Below are positions 12,966 to 26,060 of a stretch of DNA of 64,000 nucleotides, piece after piece (the stretch's first letter is position 1; every line of letters starts with the position of its first letter). This stretch comes from Chiloscyllium plagiosum. Taxonomy: Eukaryota. The stretch covers positions 56,121,297 through 56,185,296 of the forward strand of contig NC_057719.1 in NCBI RefSeq assembly GCF_004010195.1, in the 5' to 3' direction. A model generated the notes under the pieces. The model ran no database searches and was not told where the DNA came from. It worked only from the letters and a program-made list of their open reading frames with translations. The translations under genes were made by a program, and so were the position numbers.

Positions 12966-13393
12966 ACTCAATACTCTCAGCCTGGAGTTCGAGATAAGTA
13001 ATCCAATGATATTACCTCTGTGCAACAGCATTCCCCCACCAGCCCTTCAATCATTTGGTGGGGATTCCCACAGCTCAGGTTTTCCCTGCTTTGCTTTGTG
13101 TTACGTTTACTTTGCAGTACAGCTGTCGAGTTTATTTTTGCTTCACCAAACCAGTTTGTGACTTCAAGGTTGTTTGATAAAGCATTTATTTTAGACATTA
13201 CAACCAATTTTTTTTCAGTACAATTTTCTTCACAGTAAAATTTCTTGAGAGTGGAAATACAAAGATGACATAAGCATGTTCACTATATACAGTGAAATGC
13301 GTGAGAGTTTACTCAAAATTGGACTGCATAACCAATAATACACCCTACAATGTAAAGGCAAGCAAATCCCTCAATCTTGACTTAGTCATTCTC

Positions 13394-13480
13394 CTGTTCC
13401 CTGGATGCTGCCTGACCTGCTGCGCTTTTCCAGCAACACATTCAGCTCTGATCTCCAGCATCTGCAGACCTCACTTTCTC
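13394..13480 (+). mobile_element. PLE family 2 3' tail mini-insertion
   Basis: Near-identical to 36616-36705; flanked by duplicated CTTAGTCATTCTC (13381-13393, 13481-13493). Confidence 0.88.
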
Positions 13481-13559
13481 CTTAGTCATTCTCACAGCCC
13501 TCCAAGAAAGCCCCATTCCTCAGATTCTAGGCCCTCTCTATCACTATTTCCATCAGTCC

Positions 13560-14405
13560 ACCAGTGATCATGCTTTAGGTGTCTAGGCTCTTGTTATGAA
13601 GATGTGGGTGAACTATACCTTTTAAGAGAGTTAAAAGCTAGCAGTGACAGCACCAAGTGTTCTCAATAAGACACAATATGACATATGCTCCTGCTACTGG
13701 AGTAGCTGCTTGCCTGGAAACAACAATAGACAGATTCGAATTAGGCCAAATCAGTTTAAATTATACCCTGAAAAACATCAAATTCCAATCAAATTTGAAT
13801 TTAGTATATTGACAATCTTAAAAGCCAATGACACAATCCGATGCTCTAGGGTATAAGACCGAGGAAAAACTGAACCGTTGGGAGGAGAACTGCCAGGCCC
13901 AGCATGTAAACAGGCTGCCTGAAAAATAGCCCTCTAAAAAGGTACCATTTTGATCAGTAACCAGTGACACAGAAATTCCTAAGAAGAGGAAAAGAAGACA
14001 CAGGAAGATCCAAATAGAAGAACCAAAAACTGCCTGGTTTGGAGATAAGAAGTATTGTTTTGTAAATCTTAATTGGGAGTTTTATCAGACTAGTATTATA
14101 GAAGGTAAGGTAAAAGATAGGTTAGAGTAAGGACTTGTACATAGTTGTTAGTTAATTATTCTCTGTTATACTTTAAGAAATAAAGTTGTTAATTGTTACT
14201 TTAAATAGTTCTTAGCCACTCAATTTTTTAAAGATTACTGCACGGGATAAATCCCGTGTTGCTGGTTTAAATTAAGCAGGAGTGTTTACCCTGTGTCATA
14301 ACACTCTAAATTTTGGAATTTCCTCCCTAAGCTCTCCTCCCCTCAACATTCCTCTGCCTCTTCAAAACACTTCTTTAAATGTACCTCTTTGACCAAATCT
14401 TTTCT
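13560..14405 (+). mobile_element. L2-like LINE 3' end split by the solo LTR (continues at ~17245-17360)
   Basis: Removing the LTR rejoins CTAGGCTCT-AAATTTTGGAATTTCCTCCCTAA..TACCTCTTTGACCAA, which resembles the uninterrupted tail at 48570-48742. Confidence 0.6.
13592..14303 (+). mobile_element. Solo LTR (probably Gypsy)
   Basis: Starts TGTTATGA and ends TCATAACA (perfect 8-bp inverted ends); 4-bp TSD CTCT (13588-13591, 14304-14307); internal AATAAA near 14179. Confidence 0.9.
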
Positions 14406-14414
14406 GATGATAAG

Positions 14415-17245
14415 TGCCAGGTTAATTTGTATGACTGCAAATCTATGGAGTATAGTGAAAAGAATTGGGGAACTGGAAGCAGAAATTGCTCTGGGGGATA
14501 TGACATAATAACATTGACAGAAACAGATTGGATACTCAATATCCTGGATTTTCAATTGAAAACAAGGTGGGTAAAAAGGGAGGAAGTGTAGCAGTTATGA
14601 TCAAAGATAGCGTCATAACCCTTGAATGAGATTGGAATCGATATAGTTGGAGGTGAGGTACACAAACAGAGCAATACCTTGTTGGGTATCTATTTCAGAC
14701 CTCCAAATAATGGAAAGAAAGTAGGAGAGAGTATTTCTTGGCAGGTTATAGAAATCATGATAGATTGTGATTTCAAGTTCTCAAGGGTAAATTTAGAAAA
14801 AGGTCGAATGTGGGGCACAGAGGGAAAAATTCCTGCAATGTGTACAGGAGATCTTTCTGGAACAGAATATTTCAACTTCTACCATGGAGGGAGCTGTGTG
14901 GATCTGATCCTTGGAAATTAGACAGTCCAAATGGAGACCATCAAAGTGGGTGAGCATTTGGGAACTAGCAATCATAACAAAATAAGGTTCAATATTAAGT
15001 TGGAAAAGCATAAAAATCAGTCAAGGATTAAGATCCCAGACTAGAAAAGGACAGATTTCAGGTGTCCAAAAGTTGAATTGGAGCAAGTTGATTGGAAGCA
15101 CACTTTGGTAGATAAAACAGTCGAAGAAAAGTAGGATACTTTCAAAAGAGGTTTGAACACGACAGGTGCATGCCTGTGAAAAATAAAAATGGGGTAACCA
15201 AAGCTTGAGCTATTTCCCAAATACTCTCCCACTCTGATGCTGTCCACTTGGTCTGCCTCATTTCTAAGGACTTGATCCATCATAGCTCTCTGGATGACTA
15301 ACAATATTGTTAAGAAAATAAGGAAGACAAAGGAGGCACATGATGTTTACTGGAATAGTAATAACAATCATTATCAGGAAGAGTATCTCAAATGCAGGAG
15401 AGAGGCTAAGACTGGAATAAGGAAAGCTAACGGAAGCATAAGGAAAGGATGGCAGGCTGCACTAAAACAAATAGTAAAATGTTCTTCAGATGTATTAATA
15501 GTAAAAGATTGGTGAAGATTAGAGTAAGACCCATTAAAAACAAAACAAGCAGGGTAAGCTGCTCAGATAAGTAAATGGTTTGGCATGGGTATTAAATGAG
15601 CATTTCACTTCTGTCTTTACCAGATTAGACGCTGGTGACATTGGCCCAGTTGAAAATGTGGATGCTGAGCAACTGAACAGTATAATTACAGATAAAGAAG
15701 ATGTGCTAAAAAGACTGGCAGCACTCCAGGTAGGGAAGTCACCAGGCCCAGTTGAGATGCATCTTAGACTGCTGCGAAACGTAAAGGAACAAAGTGTGGA
15801 GCCGTTGACAGAAATTTTCCAGGCCTCTTTTAACACAAGATTACTCCCAGGAGACTGGAGGATTGTAAATATGATGCTGTTATTTAAGAAAAGCACAAAG
15901 GATAACCCAGGAAATTGCAGCTTGACTTCAATAGTGGGAAAATGATGGAGGTCTTAATACTGAATAAGAGAAAAATATGTTAATACTAAGCAATCAACAT
16001 GGCTTTGTAAGGGACAGGTCATGTCTAAAAAATGTTGAGTTTTTGAGGAAGTGACACAGGAAGTTGATCAGAGTAGCGCTGTGCATATTGTATATTTGGG
16101 CTTTCAGAAAGTATTTGATAGATGGTGCCACATGGCAGGTTGGATAACAATTTAGAAATGTTGAGATTGATGGGTCCTTGACATTATGGATTAGATGTTG
16201 GCTAAAAAATAGGAAACAGAATATAGATATAGATGAGCATTTCTCAGACTGGTGACAAGTTGAAAGTGATGTTCCCTGGGGATTTTTCTGATTTATACAA
16301 GCAATTTGGAGATGAGTGTTGAAGGCAAAATCTCTAAATTTGCAGATGATACTAAGCTAGGAAGAACAGTGAATTGTGAGGATGATGCTGAGTGACTGCA
16401 GAGGGACATTGACAAATTGGCCACGTGGGCAGATACCGAGCAGCTGGATTTCAATGCAGAGAAATGAGAGGTGTTGGATTTCAGTACAAAAAACATGGAG
16501 AGATAATACAGGCTGAATGGTACAGGCTGAGAGGAGTAGAGGAACAGAGGGACCTCAGAGTTCAACTGCATAATTCTCTGATGGTGGCCAGGCAAGTTAA
16601 AACAGTTGTTAAGAAGGCTTAGAGAATCCTTGGATTTGTAAGTACATGCATAGATTAAGAAAGTGATGCTACTCCTCTACAAAGCAATTGTCAGATCACA
16701 TTTAGAGTACTGTGTTCAGTCTGGGCATCTTATTTAAGGGAGAATGTTAAAGTCCTGGAGACAGTTCAAAGGAAATTTATAAGAATGAAACCAGGAGTGA
16801 GAGATTTTAAATATTGAGAAAGATGAGTGAAATTGGGCTTATTCTTCTTGGAGCAGAGAAGATGAAGGGATGACCTTATTGAGATGTTCAAAATTATAAA
16901 CAACTTTGAGAGTGTGAAGAAGGATATTGGTTTCCGCTAGTTCGTATATCAGTAACTAGGTGTCATAATTTCATGATTGTCAGCAAGAGAGCTAGGAGTG
17001 AGATGAGGAGAAACTTCTTTACTCAGAGAGTTGTTAGGATTTGGAATGTGCTGCCTGGGAGTTGCAGATTCCATGGGAGGTTTCAAAAGAGAGTTGGATA
17101 TATGTTTGAAAATTATCAATTTAGAGGGCGACAGAGATAGGGTTGGAAAATGGAACTGGATGGGTAGCTATGTCAGGACCTGGTGGAATCATGATGGGTC
17201 AAACAGCTTCCTCCTGTATTTTAAAATTCATTCATTCATTCATCA
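14415..17245 (+). mobile_element. CR1 LINE, nearly whole ORF2 (APE endonuclease + RT), pseudogenised
   Basis: EN motifs YDIITLTET, LGIYFRPP, DLILGN; RT motifs KSPGP..HLRLL, W..VN...LFKK, KFADDTKL; many stops and frameshifts; (ATTC)n tail at 17226-17243. Confidence 0.92.
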
Positions 17246-17597
17246 TTCCTAATGTCTCCTTTTATTGACTAAGTCTCTATATTAGTCTGAGTACACCTCC
17301 TATAAAGTATTTTGGGACTTATTATATTTTGAAGCTGATTTACAAGATATATAATGTTGGAAATAGGAATGCATCAACTCTGAAGCTCTAGAAGAATTGT
17401 TATCATTCTAGCTAATGACAATGTTGCCCAAGTCAGATCCTAGAGTGAAGAGTAACAAGTAATCATGAAAGGACCAAGAACTCTCTTCATATGCTCATTT
17501 AATCCTTCCAGAAAATCAAAATGCATGTTGATTAACCACATAATGTTTCCAGGCACAAGACAACTTACTTGTGTTGGGTTTGCAACACATGATAGTC

Positions 17598-17811
17598 ACT
17601 GTTGTCCCAAAAGACCATAGATTTGTTCTCTTTTCAGACAGAGACAGTTGGTGCTGAGTTTAACTTGACAGTTACCATGCCTCAGGTGAGGACCAAGGTC
17701 AAGAATGCAGGAACTTCATGGTAACTCCAGCCAGGACAGGAATATAATCCACACCGTCAGCGTCATTTTGTGTCTCAAACCAGCTATCCAGCCAACTAAA
17801 CTAACTGACCC
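17598..17811 (-). mobile_element. tRNA-derived SINE (non-HE1)
   Basis: rc begins GGGTCAGTTAGTTTAGTTGG (A-box-like) with a decayed B box; a partial body copy lies at ~40300-40345. Confidence 0.6.
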
Positions 17812-18099
17812 AATGTGTAAAGGTTGCACCAATTCCTTTCGTGTTACACTTCTTCACAGGTCACAGCAAATTTGAAATACGATCAATTAGAGAGATATCA
17901 GACTTTATCTGTTTTAGTGTCACAAACAATTCAGCCAGGTCTTTTTCAAAGGTTCCACGGTAACTGTAACTTATATTTTAATATCCAAATTAACATGAGG
18001 TCATTATAGATAACAATAGATACAAGGTTAATAGATACAACCTCAGAACATATCAAGCAGCAATTGCAATCGCACAGATTGCACAGATTTCTCAGCACA

Positions 18100-18240
18100 G
18101 GTTAAATTGCCCATAGTGTTAGGTTCATTAGTCAGAGGGAAATGGGTCTGGGTGGGTTACTCTTCGGAGGGTTGGTGTGGAGTTGTTGGGCTGAAGGGCC
18201 TGTTTCCACACTGTAGGGAATCTAATCTAATCTAATCTAA
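18100..18240 (+). mobile_element. HE1-type SINE 3' part
   Basis: TAAATTGCCC..GGGCCTGTTTCCACACTGTA followed by (TAATC)n. Confidence 0.85.
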
Positions 18241-18699
18241 AAAACTACCACTCAACCCACACTAAGCATTAGTAACACAATGTGTCACAAAATCTCATTA
18301 AAACTTCATAAGGATTTCTCTCACAGTCCATGGATTTAGCCACAGCCAATCATCATTTAAGGGGTATGCACCATCAGGGGATCTGTCTGAATGCAGTCCA
18401 GGGCCAACAGCAGCAGCAATCAGGAGTATTGTATGTCATCAGGCAGAGACTTGAAAACACAGCACTCAGGGTCTGGTCAGTCTTGCCCTGGCAGTTTGTC
18501 AAACTCTGTCAAGGTCTGGGGTAAATGCAGTGCTGGGGCTCCATCTGTTGACCATTAAAGAGGGTGCAGGGAAATCTGTCAGTGCAGAGAGGGTTATACT
18601 GCCAAAAGGAGCAGGGAAGTCAACATGTGGGGATACAAAGCAGAAGCATTTTAGAGATAGGAACAGGGATGGTGATGGCGAATCTCAAGGTATCTAGGG

Positions 18700-19205
18700 A
18701 ATATGTGTACTAGAGTCGGATGGCATCCCAGGGTTCTAAAGGAAGGAAGTCATGGAAATAGTGGAGGTTGCCTTCTTCAACATTTTTGTACATCCTGGAA
18801 CAATCATGCCCAATTGGAGGGTAGCACATGTAACAACACTGTTTTAAAAAAGGACGGAGAATACAGGAATACAGACCAATTAGCCCAACATAAGCTGCAG
18901 GGAAAATGCTGTTATTTATTACAGTGAATGCACTAACAGAACACGTAGAAGATACTAATGAGATTACACAAAATCTCATTCCTTATGAAAGGAAAATTGG
19001 AGTTTCTTTTGGATGTAACTAATAAAATTGATGAGGGAGAATCAGTGAATGTATTGTGTTCAGCTTTTCCGAAAGCTCTTGAGGTTGGTGCACCTAGGAT
19101 TGGTGATAATATATAGGCATGAACTGGGCATTTGTTAGCAAACAGTAAACAAAGTGGAAAGAAATCGATTATTGTTGACATGGAAGGCAGGGACAAGTGG
19201 GGCAT
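18700..19205 (+). mobile_element. Highly degraded CR1 RT fragment
   Basis: Remnants of GWHPRVLKE, YRPIS and AF motifs. Confidence 0.65.
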
Positions 19206-19384
19206 TCAGAATATATTTCAACTATTTGTTTAAGGGATATAATGTTATATATATAATATTAAATTGAATGTAACCTATACAATTCTTTTCTAATATCTTC
19301 TCAATACTTAGACAATTCAAACAACATTACATTCTTGACAAAGCATTGGCAATTAGTCTGCGATGTGAGCAATGTGTAAAGGAT

Positions 19385-20700
19385 GGGCATTAATAAGACA
19401 TCCATCTAAATAATCTAGCAATTTACCTTGTGAATTTTTCAACAAAGGTTATGATCTGTACATATCAATGTATCTCTACATCTGTGATAGACAAATACTT
19501 TAAGATGTTTTGGAGCCAGTAACAATTACAGAGTTTCTTTATTGACCATTGAACATCTGCTTTGTGGTCAACTTAGTTTTTGAAAAAAGTATCCTTCTGG
19601 CTTCTCTATATCTGACTCATCTTATTGTAACTGAACTGCACCCATTCCCAAATCATGAGCATCAAATGCTACTTGAAGGACAAAGGGACATTTATTCATT
19701 GATCTAAATGCTTTCAAGTTTTCAGAAGATGCCAGGCACTCCCCTGACCTCACTATCTCAGCTTTCTTGGTAAGAAAATCCATTGGTAGCGCAACTTTAC
19801 TGCTGATATTTGGTAAAAACTTGTGACTGAAAACTTTTAGGGCAGGGAATTCTACTACAGTTGGTTCAGTTATAACACGCATTTCTTCAATGCAATTGAA
19901 GAATTTAGGCCAATATTTGTAGAATGTAAACATTCCTTACCTGTATTGGCTAGAACAGAACTCCTGCCCCATTAGTTAAATGGCACGGCTATTACGTGAT
20001 TTTCTTATAACGCGGGGTCGCATGAGAATAGAACTATCGTGTTATATCAGAAACAATTGTTTGTGCAATTGCTGTTCCTTGCAGCATCTGACCTTAACTG
20101 TATTCACTCACTAAGCTGTTCACACTTTTACAAATTCACTTTTGGCAAACTTTATGATCCAATCAACCAATTTTAATTTCCTATACAAAGTTCCCACTTG
20201 ACTACCACTTGGTTCATCAATATCTAGAAAATATTTTAGCCTGAATGGCATTATTCAGCACTGGAAAAGTCTATCTATCTTTTAGTTCTAAGTGATAAAG
20301 GAACTTGCCAGTAACCCTTTTAATTAACCTATTTTGGTAAGAAATCTGACACTGCCAATTCCATCTTGCTAAAGGAAATAATGCTAACCCCTCATCCCTG
20401 GTTGAAACATTTGGGACTTAAACATGCTTGTTGGCTCTTTTTTTCTGACTGTTTATGATGCTTGAATGTATATATTTGTGCTAATTTTCTCACTCCCATC
20501 AGCCAATCCCAATCCCACACATTACCTAACATGGATGACTGGCCCTTCATTCCCAAAAACTGTCTCTTTGATTAGGTTCACAGGAAACCTGATGTCATTT
20601 CCATAAAAAAATCAAAAGGACTAAAACCAGTAGACTCGTTCAGTGAATCCCATTTGGCAACAAAAGAATTTCCAGTTCTTTGCCCCAAGCATGAGAATAT
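19385..20700 (-). pseudogene. Gypsy LTR-retrotransposon pol remnant (RT / RNase H)
   Basis: FAKSEF; FLPNISSKVALPMDFLTKKAEIVRSGECLASSENLK; FDAHDLGMGAVQLQ (DAS..GAVL); YF.KKL...Q......KETL; TDHN; ARLFRW. Confidence 0.85.
19858..20059. mobile_element. pogo/Tigger-like MITE nested in the Gypsy pol
   Basis: TIRs CAGTTGGTTCAGTTATAACACG vs rc CAATTGTTTCTGATATAACACG (18/22); TA on the left; internal GACCCCGCGTTATAA resembles the 1018 MITE. Confidence 0.8.
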
Positions 20701-20706
20701 TTATGA

Positions 20707-21529
20707 TGTGGATGTGCCGTGGTTGGACTGGGGTGAATAAAACTAAAAATCACACAACACCAAGTTATACTCCAATAGGTTTATTTGAATGTACAAGCTA
20801 TTCGAGTGCTGTTCCTTCGTCAGGTAGCTATTGGAGTAGGATCATAAGACACAGAATTTATAGCAAAAGATCATAGTGTCTTACACTGATGCAATATATT
20901 GAACAAATCTAGATTGCTGTTAAGTCTTTCATCTTTTAGAATGGGCTACAGGTTTCGATTCATTAATATGCAAATTCCAGAACTTCTTTCAAATCACATT
21001 CCCAAGATAACTTAAGCTTTTATTAAGAAACTTAACATCTCTGCTCAGGCAATATATTAAAGGTGTGAGGTTAGAGTCTGTATGTATTCCAGTCTTGAGT
21101 CAGATTGGTTCTATTTCCAAAGTAGGAATTTATAAAATGTCACATTGATCATAAAAAATATTGACTGCCAACAGATTGTCTACTTTTTGAACAAAATAGA
21201 AGGTATCTGCAAATACAGTTCTCCAAATGCAAATTCACCCCATAGACTTATATTTGTGTATGCATGCATGTGAGGGAGAGAGAAAGAGAGTGAGAGCATG
21301 TAAGTGTGTGTGCGCATGTGTGAGAGAGAGAGAGATAGTGTGTGCGTGTGCGCGCGTGCGCACTTGATAGAGTGTGTGCGTGAATATTATGGAGTATATG
21401 CGCGTGGGAGGGTATGCGCATAGGTATGAGTGTGGTGCATGTGTGTGTGTGTGAGCCCGTGTGTGTGAGCGCATGTGTGTCTGTAGTGTAGCGTAGTGTA
21501 GTGTAGTAGGGTCACCCATAGTGTCACAT
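20707..21529 (-). mobile_element. PLE family 1 3' UTR copy with (TG)n tract
   Basis: Homologous to 3799-4545 and 5113-5350; decayed hammerhead at 20796-20823; TSD GAATATTTATGA/GAATAGTTATGA (20695-20706/21530-21541). Confidence 0.85.
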
Positions 21530-22199
21530 GAATAGTTATGACAGCATGCCCTAATCATTGTTTTGGTTTCTTGATGGTGCTTGTATCTGTGAATGATTTG
21601 CTGAAGACTTTAACAGTGTTATATCCGACAAGTCATAACTTTCTGAAAAGTTTTAGACATGAAACGATAAAGCTCAGAATGTTCTGGAGTATGTTGCTCT
21701 CATCGTTTGGCACAAGTGATTAAATCACTAATTGCCATGGTAATGTCTGAAAGTTTGCAGACAGACCTTGTCCAAAAACTAAACCTTGAGATATTGTTTC
21801 AATCACTCTCAAAAGAGCAAATAATTTAATTTTGAATCGAATGAGGAGATTTTTTTTTCAGAAAGGAGAGGGATCAGCTGAGCTGTTTGTTCTTGGCTAT
21901 TTTATCTCCAAATTTGCCTCTCCTTGGTAATCCTAGCAGGGTCGATATGGAAGCAAACAGTTATCACCAGGCATGTGAAGAAGACTTACAAGAAGTTTCA
22001 TTAAAAAAAATTTCCAAGACCCACAATGAGCTTTCAATAACCTCTTTCAAAGAAACCATTCCTGGCATTTCCTTTAAACTTGAAACAAATCCATTATCTA
22101 CAATCCTTCAGAAATTAAGTCCTCCAAACAATATTAAATATAAGGCATCTAACATGGATAACTGGTTGTTCATCCCAAAAATGTGAAAGGTTTGTAGTC

Positions 22200-22590
22200 T
22201 AAGGAGAGGTTGGATAGGTTGGGACTGTTTTCCCTGGAGCATAGGAGAGGTCTATAAAACCATGAGAGGCATAGATAAGTTAGAAAGCAGACAGCTTTTC
22301 CCCATAGTAAGTCTAAAACTATAGGTCATAAGTTTAAAGTGAGGGAGAGGTACAAAAGGGTCCAGTGGGGCAATGTTTTCTCACAGAGGATGCTGAGTGT
22401 CTGGAATTGGTAGTGGTGGAAGCGAGTACAATTTAAGAAACAGGCGGGGACATTAATGAGATAGGTATAGAAAGATATAAAACAAACGTAGGCTAATGGG
22501 ATTAGTTTACATTGTAAAATCTGGACAGTTTGGGCAAGTTGAGCCAAAGGACCTGTTTTCATGCTGTAGACCTGACTCTATGACTCTATC
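22200..22590 (+). mobile_element. CR1 LINE 3' fragment
   Basis: ERLDRLGLFSLE..FFTQR and a (GACTCTAT)n tail. Confidence 0.88.
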
Positions 22591-23029
22591 TTCATAACAA
22601 AACCTTTAAGTTGTCTTCATATTTCTATAGAATATTAAAGTTCATTGATGGTCTGTAATTTCATCAAGAAACAAATATTGCATCCAATAAAGGAAAATCT
22701 AGCAAGACATGTTGTACTTATTCAAACTGATAATTAGACGGTGTTTGCAACACTGGCATGAACATTCAGTAAAGAATAAGCACAACACTGTTCATCCCAC
22801 AACAAAGGACTATAATTAACTCCCCCTATCTTAGCACTCCTACATAATTAACACCATTCTTTCCAGTTTCATTTACAGTTAAATTGCCATTCCCATCATT
22901 GCTATGCTCTCTAGACATGTCCAAGTCTGCACATGGACTAGTGGTTAATTATGCAAATAAACTTTCACCAAAGAAATGAGGTGTTATTAGCAGTTTGGCT
23001 TTCTGCTGACTTTTATTACAACTCATATC

Positions 23030-24695
23030 TGGTCCTAAGCAGATATATCCAAGAATACGGCAAGAAGCTGGAGAAGAAATTGCGGGAGGCTTGGTTGATA
23101 TTTTTACATCATTGTTGGCTACAGTGAGGTCCCGGAAGTCTGGAGGGCAGCAAATGTTGTGCCCTTATTCAAGAAGGGCTGCAAAGAAAAACTTAGGAAC
23201 TATCCACCAGTAAGCCTAACATGCTGATGAAGGGCTTTTGCCCGAAACATCGATTTTCCTGCTCCTTGGATGCTGCCTGACCTGCTGTGCTTTTCCAGCA
23301 CCACTCTAATCTAATCTGTGGTAGGTAGGTTACTTGAGAATGTTCTGAGAGACAAGATATACATGCACTTGGAAAGACAGGGTATGATTAGAAGTAGAAA
23401 ACATGGCTTTGTGGGTGGGAGATCATGCCTCATGGATTTGTTAGAGTTCTTTGATGAAGTGACCAGGAAGGTTAATGAGGCCAGGGTGGTAAACAAAGTC
23501 TATATGAATATCAGTAAGAGCTTTTACGATGTTCCACATGGTAGGCTACTCTGGAAGGTTAGATTGCATGGAACCCAGGGCAAGCTGGCAAATTGGATAC
23601 GAAATTGGCTTGATGGGAAGAAGTGGAGGATAATAAGTAGAAGGTAATATAGTGGAAGGATGCTTGTCAGACTGGAGACCTGTGATTAGTGAAGTGCCTC
23701 AAGAGTCGGTGCTGGGCCCATTATCTCTATCAATGATTTGGATGAGAATGCACAGGCATGATTAGTGTGCTTGCAGGTAATATTATAATTGGCGATATTG
23801 TGGACAGTGAGGAAGGTTATCAGAAATTGCAGCAGGGTCTTGAACAGCTGGGGGAGTGGGCTGAGAAATAGCAAATTTAATATAGGGTTTAATATAGATA
23901 AGTGTGAGATCTTGCATCTTGGAAAGTCAAATCAAGATAGAAGTTTTATGGTGAATGGTAGAGCCTTAAGGAGTGTAGTGAAACAGAGGGATCTTGGAGT
24001 TCAGGTGCACGTTTCTCTGCAAGTGGAGTGACAGGTAGACAGGGTAGAGAAGAAGGCTTTTGACACACTGGCCTTCATCAGTCAGGGCATTGAGTATCGA
24101 AGTTGGGAGGCTATGTTGCAGTTGTACAGGACATTGGTGAGGCTGCACTTGGAGTATTGTGTTCAGTTTTGGTCACCTTTCTATAGGAAGGATGTATTAA
24201 ACTGGAAAGAGTACAGAAGAAACAAGGGTGTTGCCTGGACTCAATGGTCTGCGTTATAGGGAGAGATTGCACAAGCTAGGTCTCTTCTTTAGCATGTAGG
24301 AGACTGAGAGAGGACCTTACAAGGTGGTTACAAGATCATGAGAGGCATGGATACGGTGAATGCACTCAATCTTTTTCCCAGAGATGGGGAATCGAGGACT
24401 AGAGGGCTTCAGTTGAAGGTTAGAGGGGAAAGAATAAAAAAGGGAACTTGAGAAGCAACATTTTTACACAGAGGGGGTATACATCTGGAGAACACTGCCA
24501 GTGGAAGTGGTTGAAGTGGGTAGATTAACGACATTTAAAAGGCATTTTGGGCAAATATATGGACAGAAAGGATTAGAAGGATTTGTGCCAAGTGCAGGGA
24601 AATGGAGTTAGCATGGATGGACATTTTGGTTGGCATGATCCAGTTGGGTCAAAGGGTCTGTCTCCATGCTGTAGGACTCCAAAACTCTATGACTC
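23030..24695 (+). mobile_element. CR1 LINE, RT to 3' end, pseudogenised
   Basis: HGFVGGRSCLMDLLEFF, DVPHGRLL, PQ.SVLGP, RDLGV; CR1 3' UTR and tail. Confidence 0.93.
23222..23312 (+). mobile_element. PLE family 2 tail with hammerhead core (23224-23251), inserted in CR1
   Basis: CTGATGA a GGGC tttt GCCC GAAA CATC followed by the PLE tail. Confidence 0.85.
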
Positions 24696-25149
24696 ATAAT
24701 CATTTACAGTTGTCCTGCAATGCTGGATGAAAATCAGCTGCCATCATATTATACTGATGCTAATCTGTCCATCCAATTTCATTACTTCCATTATTAATTA
24801 CCCTCTCTAATTGTTATTACTCAATCTGCTTCAATAATAAAAAAAATGGATTTATACAGATTGAACTCCACCGACAGTGTTTTGTACATGGGGTGATTTG
24901 TGTCCATGGAGGTGGTGGCATCAGGAATTTAGACATGTGTGACATTGGGATGCTTTGCTATTCTATTTTCTTACAGACGTCAATTGTAACCATTGCAGAA
25001 TAAGACCCTTTTTCTCGATGTTATGCAACCCAACAGTGAGCACTTAATCAATTTGTACAGCATGATTCCATATTGGAGTTGTATGATGGATTCTCTGTCC
25101 CATCACTTTGATGCAATGAGTGCTGAGCAAAGGTGCAAATAACTTACCA

Positions 25150-25290
25150 GCAAGAAAAACAAAGAACTGCGAATGCAGGAAATCTGAAACAAAAATAGAA
25201 TTTGCTGGAGAAATTTAGCAGGTCCAGCAGCTCATGAGGAGCAAAATCAGAATCAACATTTCGGCTCCAGTGACTGTTCTTCAGAAGTGT
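25150..25290 (-). mobile_element. PLE tail with decayed hammerhead
   Basis: rc CTGAAGA acagtcactggagcc GAAA tgtt..GGACCTGCTAAATTTCTCCAGCA. Confidence 0.65.
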
Positions 25291-25309
25291 TTAAATTAAC
25301 ATCACCTCA

Positions 25310-26056
25310 GATACTGACACCTGAGTGGGAACATTCCTGCAAGATTGCAGCAGGACAGGACACGCCACACGGACCTGCTCTGCCCCACCTGCCCTTTTTA
25401 TTTCTTCTCTTTCTTTTCTCTCTTTTTAGCAGTCCCAAGTCCCACAGCAGCGTGAGGGGAAGCAAGCCCTGGTGCAGGAGAATGTGACGACTGCAGATGC
25501 TGGAGAACAGAGTCAAAAAGTGTGGTGCTGGAAAAGCACAGCCAGTCAAGGCAGCATCCGAAGAACAGGAAAATCGATGTTTCGAGGCATACCTTCCTGA
25601 TGAAGGCCTTATGCCTGAAATGTTGATTCTCCTGCTCTTCAGATGTTGCCTGACCTGCTGTGTTTTTCCAGCACCACATTTTTTGAGATCTGGTGCAGTG
25701 CAACGTACCTTGGGAGTAAGGTAAGTTGAGTGCCAGTGCGGAGCAGTCTGGAGGCTTGGAGCAGAGCAGTGTGGGACAGTTCTTGAACTGGGGCCATGTC
25801 AATCCTTTAACAATGTTATAACCATCTTATTTCTAACTTTTTTTAGACACTGTAACTAATGCTGCTACTTTTCCTGTTGTTTCTCTTTTGTATCTAAGAT
25901 GTGTACCTAGGTACTTGTACCTAAGATGGTGCCATTAAGGGCAGCCATTGTAAAAACTTTTTACTGTACTCCTGCACCTCTGGACTGGAACACATGTGAC
26001 AAGAAAGGATATTCTCTTCTATTTTATTTTATTCTATTCTATTCTATTCTATTCTC
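25310..26056 (+). mobile_element. Unclassified non-autonomous retroposon with a Rex1/Babar-like tail and (ATTCT)n
   Basis: 3' end ACTTTTTACTGTAC..ACATGTGACAAGAAA followed by (ATTCT)n at ~26010-26055; 5' limit uncertain. Confidence 0.45.
25478..25689. mobile_element. Hairpin PLE mini-element (two inverted tails) with a hammerhead core at 25597-25624
   Basis: 25513-25590 is the inverted complement of ~25610-25686; TSD CTGGTGCAG (25469-25477/25690-25698). Confidence 0.88.
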
Positions 26057-26060
26057 CTCC

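Noticed and set aside
21235..21558. His/Thr-rich ORFs (also 4173-4558)
   Set aside because: Translations of (CA)n microsatellites.
21887..22186. 99-aa ORF in unique DNA
   Set aside because: Non-ATG start, no recognisable family, no convincing GT donor.
24978..25036. Strong + strand acceptor with a GTGAGC donor 59 nt later
   Set aside because: No recognisable peptide or supporting neighbouring exons.
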